From a virus (taxonomy: Duplodnaviria; Caudoviricetes): a stretch of 43,926 nucleotides of DNA. Below the pieces are notes generated by a model. It had not been told where the DNA came from, searched no databases, and worked only from the letters and a program-made list of their open reading frames with translations. The stretch covers positions 1-43,926 of the IMG/VR virus record IMGVR_UViG_3300017589_000255, one strand, 5' to 3'. Below, piece by piece: positions 27,798-37,329 of the stretch; position 1 is the first letter of the stretch; every line of letters begins with the position of its first letter. The position numbers and the translations under genes were made by a program.

Positions 27798-30044
27798 TTA
27801 ACTATCAATAAAGTCCGATTTTAGGCGAATTCCACACACAAAGTTGCCTGTCTTGCCTTTTCGTTTTTCAAATCCGGCATTTTCAAGTCCTGCGTAAAAG
27901 TCAGTGGTGCTCCTTGTGTATTCTCCCGTTCTCGCACAATAGGTACGATACTCCTGGTAGAACTCTCCAGACTTTTGCTGATATGATGTATCCACCTCGC
28001 AACAGTCTTCAATAAAGATTGAAAGCCAGTCATTATTATTACGATAACGATTGATGGCATCCTCCACAACTTTCGGAATCTGAAGATTGAAGTTATTATT
28101 GATGGCCTTTGATGCACCTTCAATAATCCATGAAAGCACTGCACCGCCAGCTTCTTCTGCTAAATAATCTGCATAATTTTTGATGTCAGACTTGCCTTCA
28201 ATTTTTGCATTAAAAGGAATAACTATAAGCCTTCTCCATGTGCCGTCATCATTTGCACCCACTCTTGGCAGATGGTTGGTATATAACACGAGAGTGTGAG
28301 TTGGCACATATTTGAACGGGTCCTTATACTTTTTTTCTGCAGAAATCTCATCGGTAGAACACAGCTGTTTTACGATAGAGGTGTTCAGCCTCATACCTTC
28401 TTCAAGTTCTGCTGCAATAACAAGTCGCTTTCCCTTAAGTTCCGCCATCTCAGGCTTGACATTTCGCTTACAGCCTACTGTCAAAGCATCGGCAGAAATT
28501 GTACCACTATAGGTACCAAGCACCCTGGCTATGGTGTTCCAAAAAGTTGACTTTCCATTGCTTCCTTCTCCGTATGCGATAACAAGTGCCTCCACATACA
28601 CCTTGCCAATTGCAGACAGACCTACAATCTGTTGCACATAGTTCAGTAAATCCTTGTCACCACAGAAAAAACTGTCTACAGCACTAAGCCATAAAACCAT
28701 GCTTTGATCATTTGGAGATACCGCCGTCATTTTTGTTATAAGGTCTTCGGCACTGTGTTCTTTTGCCACTCCACTTTGCAAACCATAAGTACAATCTGGT
28801 GTGTTTAAAAGGAATTCATGGCTGTCAAAGTCAGTGATGCTTTTAAGCAACATAGGCTTTGCCGCTTGTAATGCAGCGGTCACATATTTCATATCCCTGC
28901 GTTTCATAACAAATGCACGATAAGCAACGGCCGTTACATATTCCTTGAAAGCTTTATCGCTTGCAGAATCAATTGCTTTTTCCAGTGCTTTTCCTCCGGC
29001 TGCAATAAGTTCTTTATCCACGCCTGCGTTAAGCAATAAATTCTTTGCCTTTTCTATCGCTACCACTGCCTCTTTTAACTGGGTATCAAGAAAATCTTCA
29101 CAGGCACCTACCGCCATTTGCTTAGATTCCACCCAGTGCGTTCCGTCATAACACATATAGTCCGTAGAATCGGTATAAACCAATTTTCCTGCATATTCAC
29201 GGGATAGCACTTTTGCCTGCCCAATATCAGAATAATCACCAGGTTTTAGGCTGTACCCCTTGTTATACTCTTCAGGAGATACATAACCGTCCTGCTTCTG
29301 CACCATTTTACCAAATTTTACAGCACTGTCCCATATATTATTTAACTCTTCATCTGATAATAGTGGAGTACAAAGCTGTGCTTTTTCCATGTAAATTTCA
29401 TAAGCCTTATCTGTGTTGCCATATCGTTTAATGAGTTTGCCTGCAATATGGCTCATGGTGCTATTTCTTTGACCTTCTGGCACCTTTTCCATTTGTGCAT
29501 CAAATTCAGCAAAATCATCCTCATCAAGAAAATCCACAATATTTATCTCACCATCATAAATTTGAACATCAGCATTATCCGTTCCAAAAAGTAGCCTTGC
29601 ACTGTCTAAAGCGTTTGTATCAAAGTAGGGAAAAGAGTATGATATCTGCTGTTTTAAGCTTGCATACTCATTAGAGTCAGTAATAACAGGTGTCATAAAA
29701 TACACATGAAATCTTGGACGAGCCGACTTATTGCCTTTTGGTTTCATATGGTTTCTTGAGTGAACAATCGCAAATGAAACATTTGGAAAAGCCGATGCAA
29801 CGTCATCAGCTGTAACCCAATCTTGTGGGTTATCTGAATGGTCGTTGTCACAATCAAGTGCAACATTATCCGCACTAATAAAATTTGCTTTACTGCGATA
29901 GCTATTTTTGTATTCAGCTGTTACATGGTCATATTTAACAACATTAATGAGTGATTCTTTATCTGTAATTACTTTTTTATTAGGATAAATGCAGTTTGAA
30001 AGACTACCAACACAACCTGCTGTGTATAAAGTAAACTGGGTCAT
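27798..30044 (-). CDS. P4/D5-family primase-helicase
   Basis: LDCD and RFHVYF prim-pol motifs, EGQRNST (PriCT), GEGSNGKST Walker A, WRRLIVIPF. Confidence 0.92.
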   Translation of the reverse strand: MTQFTLYTAGCVGSLSNCIYPNKKVITDKESLINVVKYDHVTAEYKNSYRSKANFISADNVALDCDNDHSDNPQDWVTADDVASAFPNVSFAIVHSRNHMKPKGNKSARPRFHVYFMTPVITDSNEYASLKQQISYSFPYFDTNALDSARLLFGTDNADVQIYDGEINIVDFLDEDDFAEFDAQMEKVPEGQRNSTMSHIAGKLIKRYGNTDKAYEIYMEKAQLCTPLLSDEELNNIWDSAVKFGKMVQKQDGYVSPEEYNKGYSLKPGDYSDIGQAKVLSREYAGKLVYTDSTDYMCYDGTHWVESKQMAVGACEDFLDTQLKEAVVAIEKAKNLLLNAGVDKELIAAGGKALEKAIDSASDKAFKEYVTAVAYRAFVMKRRDMKYVTAALQAAKPMLLKSITDFDSHEFLLNTPDCTYGLQSGVAKEHSAEDLITKMTAVSPNDQSMVLWLSAVDSFFCGDKDLLNYVQQIVGLSAIGKVYVEALVIAYGEGSNGKSTFWNTIARVLGTYSGTISADALTVGCKRNVKPEMAELKGKRLVIAAELEEGMRLNTSIVKQLCSTDEISAEKKYKDPFKYVPTHTLVLYTNHLPRVGANDDGTWRRLIVIPFNAKIEGKSDIKNYADYLAEEAGGAVLSWIIEGASKAINNNFNLQIPKVVEDAINRYRNNNDWLSIFIEDCCEVDTSYQQKSGEFYQEYRTYCARTGEYTRSTTDFYAGLENAGFEKRKGKTGNFVCGIRLKSDFIDS

Positions 30045-30472
30045 TTCAATACCTCCTTCAATTCCTCAGAAAAATATCTGATTGTCTGGTGACAGTTTTT
30101 TGCTTTTGTAATTTCTGTTGTCATGCCCTTTGAAATTTTATCTCCAAATACCCATAGCTGATTGCATTTGCCAAGAAGAACCATATTCATAAACATTGCA
30201 ATTTCTCTTTCAGCAGGATTATTATCATCCATAAATTGTGGGAAAAGCAGGTGCGGAGCAAGAGGTATGCAATTGCTTTTAATTGCAAAACGACAAAACT
30301 CACGAGCTCTTTTTATATTGCGTTCTACATCACCTGCAAATGGTGAGCAGATATACACAAGAGGCTTAAAGGCAGATTTTCGTTCTGCCTTCTCCTCTCT
30401 GATAACATTGGTTAGTGCCTCATATGTAGTTGGGTCATAGTAACCTTCTGAATTGAATTTATTTACTCCCAT
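30041..30472 (-). CDS. DUF4406 / nucleoside deoxyribosyltransferase-like protein
   Basis: VYICSPF, PLAPHL, C..LWVFG..ISKGM..EI. Confidence 0.75.
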   Translation of the reverse strand: MGVNKFNSEGYYDPTTYEALTNVIREEKAERKSAFKPLVYICSPFAGDVERNIKRAREFCRFAIKSNCIPLAPHLLFPQFMDDNNPAEREIAMFMNMVLLGKCNQLWVFGDKISKGMTTEITKAKNCHQTIRYFSEELKEVLK

Positions 30473-30482
30473 TAGGCACCTC

Positions 30483-31157
30483 CTACGCTGAAAGCTGCTT
30501 TTGTTTTAAGCGAAGATAATACCATTCCAATGCACGTTTACGCTCCTGATAGTCCTTGATTGTAAGCACCAATCCGATATCTGCTTTTTGAAGTAAAGCA
30601 ATGTACTTAATTTCCTCTGCTGTCAGAAAAGGTCTAATAGAATCCACATTACCAAGATTGTTTGCTTTTTTGTATTCCTTTGAAGTCATATCAAGTACAA
30701 TGCGGTTAATCATATCCATCTCATTGGAAAAGTGGTAGTGCTTGGGCGTTTCGTGAACCTCCAAAATTGCCTGCGTTAGTTCTGGGAATTCCAATCTTGC
30801 ACGATTACGTTCCGTGATGAACTGCTCCATTTGATTGAAACGGTGAATATATGTTTCTTTAAACTGCATAGCTTTCTTGCCTGTGTAGCCCATAACGAGC
30901 ATAATAAATCCATCGCGAGTCAGAATATACTCTGGTTGGTTCTTGTTCTGTGCGTTTTTATATGAGGACAATCCAAAATTGGATAGTCCAAAATCCTCAC
31001 TTAGTCCTGAAGTATTGTCAAGCAATCTTGCAATGTCACGCATTACATGAAAATGTTCCTTTTCAAAAATTTCAGCCACATATCTGCTGCTGACTACAGG
31101 CATACCTTTTATTTCCATCAATCCATATTCTTTATCCCAAATAACTAATTTGTTCAT
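30483..31157 (-). CDS. Rha-family phage regulatory protein
   Basis: SSRYVAEIFEKEHFHVMRDI...LTRDGFIMLVMGYTGKKA..FK..YI..FNQME; start MNKLV after AGGAGG. Confidence 0.9.
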   Translation of the reverse strand: MNKLVIWDKEYGLMEIKGMPVVSSRYVAEIFEKEHFHVMRDIARLLDNTSGLSEDFGLSNFGLSSYKNAQNKNQPEYILTRDGFIMLVMGYTGKKAMQFKETYIHRFNQMEQFITERNRARLEFPELTQAILEVHETPKHYHFSNEMDMINRIVLDMTSKEYKKANNLGNVDSIRPFLTAEEIKYIALLQKADIGLVLTIKDYQERKRALEWYYLRLKQKQLSA

Positions 31158-31170
31158 AATAAAAAACCTC

Positions 31171-33117
31171 CTAATCTTTCTTGTAAAAATCACAGACATA
31201 TCCGTCTGCACGAAGTAATAAACTGCCAGCCGGGCTCCGGCCTTTCGCCCATTTAGGGGTCTGCCCCATAATTGTGCATATATCTTCAAGTGAAGCGCTG
31301 ATGGGTGCTTCAATAACCACTTCGTCGTGAACGTGCATAACAATTTTGTAACCAGCATTTTCTAAGCGAAGCATTGACTCTGCTAAAATGTCACGAGCAA
31401 TTGCCTGCACAATGTTTTCCACGAATTTAGGGCCGTAGCTATCAATCCGAGTCCATTTTTTCTGTGTGCCTACGCCCTCATAAGTAACACAATCACCACC
31501 GAATTTATTTTCACCAATGCGTGGTTTTACATAGACAAGATTTCTGCCACTGGGTAGCGTGATGAAAAGCATACCACTTTGGTGGCTGAATCGAATGCCG
31601 TGAGTTTCTGTGGTTGTTTTTTGTATAACTGCCGTTTTTGTAGCTTTATCAACATCCCACCAAAGGCGAGTAATATTGCTGTTAGAGTTTCGCCACGCTG
31701 AAACAAGTGGCTGTAATTCTTCTTCTAAAACTCCCATATTTAAAGCCCCCATTGCTTTTAGTGCTCCTACTGATCCACCATAGCCAAGTGCCAATTCGGA
31801 TATCTTACCCTTTTGCCTTAAATGTCCGTTAACACCATTTTTCTCAACCGGCAGATGAAACATCTGTGATGCAGAGGCACAATATATATCACCACCATCA
31901 GCAAAAACCTGCATTCTCCATTTTTCACCCGCAAGCCAAGCAATTACACGAGCCTCAATAGCAGAAAAGTCAGCAACATAAAACTTACAGCCTTGTTTTG
32001 GTACAAATGCCGTTCTGATAAGTTCAGAAAGCACCATAGGAACAGAATCATATAGCATTTCAACAGCTTCAAAATTGCCGTAACGTATAAGGTCGCGAGC
32101 CTGTTTTAAATCAGGCAGATGGTTTTGAGGGAGATTTTGCACCTGCACCAATCTGCCTGAGTATCGTCCGGTGCGATTGGCTCCATAAAACTGAATTAAC
32201 CCTCTTGCTCGACTATCCTTGCATACCACATTTTCCATAGCTGTAAATTTTTTCACAGATGATTTTGCAAGCTCTTGTCTTAAAGACAATGCAAGCTCAA
32301 CATCTCCGTCAGTCTGCTCTATAAGGTCATAAACTGCAGATTTTGACAGCGAGTCAGTTTCCACACCTTGCTCTAAAAGCCAAGCCTTTAATTGCTGTGG
32401 GGAGTTGGGATTATCAAGTCCGGTGACCTCTTTTGCTTTATCAAGATGTGTGTGCTTAAATTCCTCATCACAGAGAATTGCCTGTTTAACAAAAGGAACA
32501 TCAAGCATAATCCCTCTGTCATTTATGTTTTGGTCGATGTGATAATTCTGCCACTCGGTTTCTGAAACTGGGAACTTAGAGAGTTTTTGTTGAATTGCAA
32601 GTTCAGTTTCTACATCACGGAGGTTGTAAGCTTTAAATAATGCCCATTTATCTGGAGCGTCAGTAGGAAAATGTCTTGTAAAGCTACCATCTTTGTTTTT
32701 AGCTGGAATGCAAAAATATCGAATAAGGTCTTTGCCTTCTTTTAACTTCTGTTTCTCTAAACCAAGCACAGCACCAACGCCCTCAAGGGATAATGGCAAT
32801 CCAAGTGTAGCCGCCCAAACCATAGTGCATTGCCAGCTTTCTGGTGAAAGATATATTCCGAGATATTTTGACAAACAGGTTCTTTCAAATTGTGCGTTAA
32901 ATGCGTGTTTTATTACATTAGGGTCAGTAAGTGCTGAAATTATTTCTTGTGGCAGTTTTTCACCACTTGCAATATCAACAACTTTAACATCGCCACCGTC
33001 AACAGAATATCCGAAAAAAAGTATTTCAAAATCATCAGACTCGGTATATTTATACACTCCGCACTTTGTAAGGTCATTGCTGCTGAACGTCTTCAAATCA
33101 ATATTTACAGATTTCAA
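31171..33117 (-). CDS. Family A DNA polymerase (SPO2-like)
   Basis: RTGR, ADFSAIEAR (motif A), RQKGKISELALGYG (B), MHVHDE (C). Confidence 0.93.
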   Translation of the reverse strand: MKSVNIDLKTFSSNDLTKCGVYKYTESDDFEILFFGYSVDGGDVKVVDIASGEKLPQEIISALTDPNVIKHAFNAQFERTCLSKYLGIYLSPESWQCTMVWAATLGLPLSLEGVGAVLGLEKQKLKEGKDLIRYFCIPAKNKDGSFTRHFPTDAPDKWALFKAYNLRDVETELAIQQKLSKFPVSETEWQNYHIDQNINDRGIMLDVPFVKQAILCDEEFKHTHLDKAKEVTGLDNPNSPQQLKAWLLEQGVETDSLSKSAVYDLIEQTDGDVELALSLRQELAKSSVKKFTAMENVVCKDSRARGLIQFYGANRTGRYSGRLVQVQNLPQNHLPDLKQARDLIRYGNFEAVEMLYDSVPMVLSELIRTAFVPKQGCKFYVADFSAIEARVIAWLAGEKWRMQVFADGGDIYCASASQMFHLPVEKNGVNGHLRQKGKISELALGYGGSVGALKAMGALNMGVLEEELQPLVSAWRNSNSNITRLWWDVDKATKTAVIQKTTTETHGIRFSHQSGMLFITLPSGRNLVYVKPRIGENKFGGDCVTYEGVGTQKKWTRIDSYGPKFVENIVQAIARDILAESMLRLENAGYKIVMHVHDEVVIEAPISASLEDICTIMGQTPKWAKGRSPAGSLLLRADGYVCDFYKKD

Positions 33118-33171
33118 TGTTTACCTCCTTGCTTTGGAGTGGCAAAAAAGCCACCCCAAGCAGAATTGTTA

Positions 33172-33750
33172 TTAAGATAGAAAATCATCATCAGCTTCTG
33201 TTGCAAAATCAGAATCGGCGCTGGACTTGCCACCAAGAGGTTCACCGTCACGAATTTTCTGCAAATTATTTAATCCGCAGGCAATGCCTTTGTTGCCGTT
33301 ACTATTGAAAGAATAGAAATTAATGCTTGCACGGCCATACACTCCGCTATACACTTCAGAGCTAGTAATTATAGGATTACGGTCGGCATCAACAACGCCA
33401 GGAGCGGTAGCAGAGTTCGCATTTATAAAATAACTATTAGCATAAGCGGAATCGTCTGGACGCTCAACATCACCGTCACGAAGTGGCGTCTTAATAGCAG
33501 CAAGAGGAGGCACAGTTTTGCCGTTGCCTTTAAGTTTGGATTCGCCTTCGTGATAAGCAGCTTGAATGGCAGCCTTGATTTTTTCCACTGTGCGAGTATC
33601 AGACTTCGGAATTATTAGACTAACGGAAAACTTTGGTGTGCCACCATTAATGGACTTAGCTGCCCAAATGTTGGCATAAGACCAGCGAGTATCGGGGCCA
33701 GTGATTACTTTCATTGCGTTGTTGACTGTTTTTGTATTGTTTGTAGACAT
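33172..33750 (-). CDS. DUF2815 / T7 gp2.5-like ssDNA-binding protein
   Basis: PLRDGD, VYSGVYGR, GLNNLQKIRDGEPLGG, acidic-aromatic tail. Confidence 0.85.
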   Translation of the reverse strand: MSTNNTKTVNNAMKVITGPDTRWSYANIWAAKSINGGTPKFSVSLIIPKSDTRTVEKIKAAIQAAYHEGESKLKGNGKTVPPLAAIKTPLRDGDVERPDDSAYANSYFINANSATAPGVVDADRNPIITSSEVYSGVYGRASINFYSFNSNGNKGIACGLNNLQKIRDGEPLGGKSSADSDFATEADDDFLS

Positions 33751-33751
33751 A

Positions 33752-34876
33752 TTAATTGTCCTCCTTAAAATCTTGTTTTGCCGTATTGATTGACGGGCGT
33801 TTATCGCTTTCCGGCACGAGCGTTGGCTTGCCTTGTGGCTTTTCTATAAAACCACCGAGAATTTCTTCAAATCGCTTTTTGCCGAGCAGAGTTGTCATTG
33901 CTGTAACGCCCATAATCTTGTGCTCGAATGGGTCAAACCCTGCGTTAGCAACAGCATCTGAAACAGTAACTTCGTTTGTATACTTGCGGTTGGAGCGACC
34001 TTCTACCAGTTTCCAGCCGTTCCACTCCTTGCCACTAACGGCAGTTTTCAGAGCATATTCCTTGATGTCATTCGCCCAAGAAATAAGTCCATCCAGTTTG
34101 CCGAGGATTTCTTCAATCTCTCCATCCTCTAAAAGAGGTGGCAGTTTAAAGTCGTATCGAGCAAGTTGCATATTGTGAACGTATCTGGCACGGCACTCAT
34201 TCTTTGCCTTGCAGAAACCGCACCATTCGCCACACTGATATTCACCTTTTCCGGCAAAAGCAAGTTCTGCTGTGGGTTTGAGTACCTCTTCTGCCCATTG
34301 ATACAGCAATTCTTTGCTTACAGTGTAGGTGCTGACGTTATCTCTGCGGGGTTGAAATATCGTCATGCTCACAGTATTTACATCGTAAATCCCATCAAAC
34401 AACTCCAAAGCACCGAGGGCATAAAGCATCATCTGTGGATTTTTCTCTGCTTCAACCAAAACACCTTGACCATGCTTGTAGTCCACAATTTGAAGTGTGC
34501 CGTCGGTAATGATGACGCAATCCCCAGTTCCAAAGCCGTTTTCAACGAACCGGGAAAAGTCAAGTTTTTGCTCAATTAGCACAATTGGGTCACGGCAGGT
34601 TTCCTTTGCTTCAGCCAAGCACTCCATAATGTAGGTGGCGTAGTCATTAGCACAGGCTTCCATTTCCTCGTTGTAATACAACAAGTTTTCGGTAGGATTG
34701 TTTGGCTCCAAACCTAGTGCTAATCGCAGCTTATACTCACAAAGAGTGTGTGCTTCAGTACCCTCAGCGGCATAGTCGCTTTCCTTATCAACATAGCTCT
34801 CGCTAAGCCTTGCAGAGGGAGGGCAATTTAGCCACCTATGTGAAGAGGATGCCGATAGAATTGCGTGCTTACCCAT
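33752..34876 (-). CDS. DUF2800 Cas4-like PD-(D/E)XK exonuclease
   Basis: LSASSSHRWLNCP, FGTGDC, VDYKHG, Q..LYALG, WCGFCKAK..C. Confidence 0.88.
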   Translation of the reverse strand: MGKHAILSASSSHRWLNCPPSARLSESYVDKESDYAAEGTEAHTLCEYKLRLALGLEPNNPTENLLYYNEEMEACANDYATYIMECLAEAKETCRDPIVLIEQKLDFSRFVENGFGTGDCVIITDGTLQIVDYKHGQGVLVEAEKNPQMMLYALGALELFDGIYDVNTVSMTIFQPRRDNVSTYTVSKELLYQWAEEVLKPTAELAFAGKGEYQCGEWCGFCKAKNECRARYVHNMQLARYDFKLPPLLEDGEIEEILGKLDGLISWANDIKEYALKTAVSGKEWNGWKLVEGRSNRKYTNEVTVSDAVANAGFDPFEHKIMGVTAMTTLLGKKRFEEILGGFIEKPQGKPTLVPESDKRPSINTAKQDFKEDN

Positions 34877-35198
34877 TTCCGAGTACCTCCGCCTCTAAAA
34901 ACAAGTCAGCATACTTTTCAGGACTAATTTCGCTAAGCTTATTTGCACCGTATTTTCCCAGCAATGCACGAACCTCGGCAGTGAAGCCATTACGGGATTT
35001 TTCAGCCAGAACCGCTCGTACATCTTCTAATTTAAGAACCTTAGTTTCCGGCTGCGGTTGTTCTTGAATAGGTTCAGCATTGGCTTTTTCACTGAACAGA
35101 TCTGCCAGTGATTCAGAGATGCCTATTAGTGTTTCACCACATTTGTGAAGCTCTGCAACTACAAGATACAATTCGCTCATTTTGCTCATTTTGCTCAT
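34869..35198 (-). CDS. Conserved phage hypothetical protein
   Basis: LEDVRAVLAEKSRNG...LLGKYGANKLSEI pattern; strong RBS. Confidence 0.75.
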   Translation of the reverse strand: MSKMSKMSELYLVVAELHKCGETLIGISESLADLFSEKANAEPIQEQPQPETKVLKLEDVRAVLAEKSRNGFTAEVRALLGKYGANKLSEISPEKYADLFLEAEVLGNG

Positions 35199-35346
35199 TA
35201 GGGTTTCCTCCTTCCATAGATTGGCACTGCCCAGAAAGTAGGGTCAGCTTTTTTGCCAGACGTTTTGACACCACGCTTATTGCAATAAGAACTTCAGCCA
35301 ATTCAGCTTCTAACACGTGAATATCTTTGTTGTGAATATTTTGCAT
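35134..35346 (-). CDS. Small conserved phage hypothetical protein
   Basis: RBS AAGGAGG; ELAEVLIAISVVSKRLA motif. Confidence 0.6.
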   Translation of the reverse strand: MQNIHNKDIHVLEAELAEVLIAISVVSKRLAKKLTLLSGQCQSMEGGNPNEQNEQNERIVSCSCRASQMW

Positions 35347-35433
35347 TTCGTTTACCTCCTTTTCAAATTTTTTAGGAGCATCGCACCTCACTCTCTAATG
35401 GACAGCGAGGTGCGAAAATCCGTAGAAGAATTT

Positions 35434-36087
35434 TTAATCTTGAAGAAATATTCTCAAAGTCTTATTGGAACGGAGTTTTTTGTAGAGCTGCTGTTCCCTA
35501 TAACGGACACCGTCGATGGTGATATTAAACTTGTCCGCAATTTCCTGTTTTTTTAACTTATCTTTCAAGAAGTGCCAAAGCACCCTGTCATCAGCCGAAA
35601 GCCTGTCCAATTCTACAAACAAGATGTTAAGCAATTCACTGTCCTCTATAATCGCTTCAATGTCGGCTGAATCATCGGATAAGTCAAAGTGGTTTTCTAT
35701 GTAGCCAGCCTCGTTTATCCCTGTCTTGTCCAGTTCCACCGTTTGGCTCTTATTCTTGCGGTTACAGATTTCACAGTTCTGGTCGCAGTGTTTTGTATCT
35801 TTCCAGATGCATTGGAATTTCTTGTTTTGATACCTCTCTTCGAATTTCAGGTCAGCTGCGTTACGCTTGCCGAGGGTATCGTTCTCTTTAGTGCGAGCGA
35901 GACGTACTGCATAACCTGCTTCAGGGTCATAAAACCAACGTTGTGGGTAAGGATTGCAAGGTGTTGTAGGTGTGCCTGGTGCAAAGCACTCGCGGTGGGC
36001 GACGGGGATGTATTCACCGTTTTGGTTTTCTGCGAAGTAGTTCTTGTAGTAAAGTTTCTGATAGTTTCTCATGTTATTTTCCTCCAT
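35434..36087 (-). CDS. Sigma70-region-4-like DNA-binding regulator with Cys cluster
   Basis: LDRLSADDR...KQEIADKFNITIDGVRYRE HTH; C..C...C..C cluster. Confidence 0.75.
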   Translation of the reverse strand: MEENNMRNYQKLYYKNYFAENQNGEYIPVAHRECFAPGTPTTPCNPYPQRWFYDPEAGYAVRLARTKENDTLGKRNAADLKFEERYQNKKFQCIWKDTKHCDQNCEICNRKNKSQTVELDKTGINEAGYIENHFDLSDDSADIEAIIEDSELLNILFVELDRLSADDRVLWHFLKDKLKKQEIADKFNITIDGVRYREQQLYKKLRSNKTLRIFLQD

Positions 36088-36186
36088 AGATTTTCTTAAT
36101 TCCTGTTTTTTGGGTTTGTATAATCAGATAGATTGACATAGGCGGCGAACGTTCACAATAAATCGACATAAAATTCTCTCCATAGA

Positions 36187-36215
36187 TTGACATTTTTTTT
36201 AATGAGTGTTAAAAT
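36187..36215 (+). promoter_or_regulatory. Near-consensus sigma-A promoter TTGACA-17-TAAAAT with extended TG
   Basis: Direct sequence match; points towards the plus-strand block. Confidence 0.7.
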
Positions 36216-36282
36216 GATTTAATAGGAGTTAGCGGTAGTAATTTCAAAGTGACAAGGGCTGTTTTTTCAAAATTGAAGAAAC

Positions 36283-36315
36283 AAAAAAGCCCTTGCGAGA
36301 ATTCTCGCAAGGGCT
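36283..36315 (-). terminator. Strong hairpin; terminator geometry on minus strand
   Basis: AGCCCTTGCGAGA/TCTCGCAAGGGCT 13-bp stem with A tract on the left. Confidence 0.7.
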
Positions 36316-36434
36316 ACTCTGTTATCCTTGCGCATCTTACAAGAACTAACAAATAGTACATATAGTTGATTGTCAAAAGTAGATAAAGTTTATAGAGTAG
36401 ATATAGTTACTAAGTTTCATTGGAGGCAAAAAAT

Positions 36435-37316
36435 ATGTCAAATAATGATTTCCCTGTACTGTGTGGGGGCACCTTTTTCACGTTAATGTTAGCAGCAAGA
36501 TTGCAAAGAACTTCCAAACGAAATAATGCTGATGGTGCAACCGATGGCTTGTAGCAAACTAAATTACTTGTAGAACTTATTAAAATAATAAAACCATCTT
36601 TTAATCCTCCTGTAAAAGAATCCACTTTAAAAAAGAATGTTGGAAGTTACAAACAGTGTGACGACAATGGTGGTACATACTTTGCTGCTGTTTTTGAGTC
36701 AGAATCAGACGTCAATAAATTTGATAAGAGACTTAAAACCGATTATAGTAAAGTATTAAACGATATGTCAGATTTGGTATTACGCTTTATTGACGAAGAA
36801 AAAGCTGATTGGCTTGTAAAAGCTTTACTTGATGTCATAGAAAATGACAAACAGACAAACGGGAAAACATTTAATATTGAGAACAGACCAATCGAAAAAA
36901 CAGAGCTTCTTTCAATTAATAGTGTCAACTTAGCCGCTTTTGTTTTGGGAATATGGCATTACATTGTTACAAACGTAAGTGATAACACCGTCGGCGATGC
37001 TACATTCAAAAAATGGCACGTTAAAAAAGGTGAAGCCAATAGTGAGTGGATATTTAGAAGTGACATTGGTAATAGTGTAAAAAGAAAATTAACTGTTCTG
37101 TCTTTTGCTGATTTCTCTTTTCAAACGAATTTAAACGAACCCAGCAATTTTGTCGAAGAAGAAACAGACTCGCAAGAAGAACCATTTGCACAAGAAAAAA
37201 CCGCCGACAATGCGTCAGCGGTTACAAATCAAGTTGTTATCAATGGAAACGTATATAATCAACACGGGGACAACAGCAAACAATATTTTGGCAATATAGG
37301 TATTCTTATAGATTGA
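36435..37316 (+). pseudogene. Hypothetical protein (293 codons) with in-frame TAG at 36552-36554 and C-terminal N/Q-rich motif
   Basis: GGAGG RBS, MSNNDFPVLCGGTFFTL...DGL*QTKLL..., in frame with ORF 36765-37316. Confidence 0.8.
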
Positions 37317-37329
37317 GAGGAAAGGTTAT

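Larger units (their letters stand above)
1..36100 (-). mobile_element. Siphovirus-like prophage (HK97 head, family A DNA polymerase, P4-type primase), probably defective; left end runs off the window and the 36.4-43.9 kb block may be cargo
   Basis: Co-oriented integration, lysis, tail, head, packaging and replication genes in canonical order. No att sites identified. Confidence 0.95.

Noticed and set aside
6664-34579. Many plus-strand ORFs opposite phage genes (e.g. 6664-7134, 16744-17163, 25310-25762, 32693-33175, 33756-34178)
   Set aside because: Antisense shadows of well-supported genes, with no recognisable motifs.
33752-34876. CRISPR-Cas system suggested by the Cas4-like nuclease
   Set aside because: No repeat-spacer array or other cas genes; the gene lies in the usual SSB/polymerase replication module.
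361-36554. Stop-codon reassignment explaining the in-frame TGA (integrase) and TAG (36552)
   Set aside because: Only one case of each; TGA and TAG both end many normal genes here; each is one substitution from a plausible sense codon; no suppressor tRNA seen.
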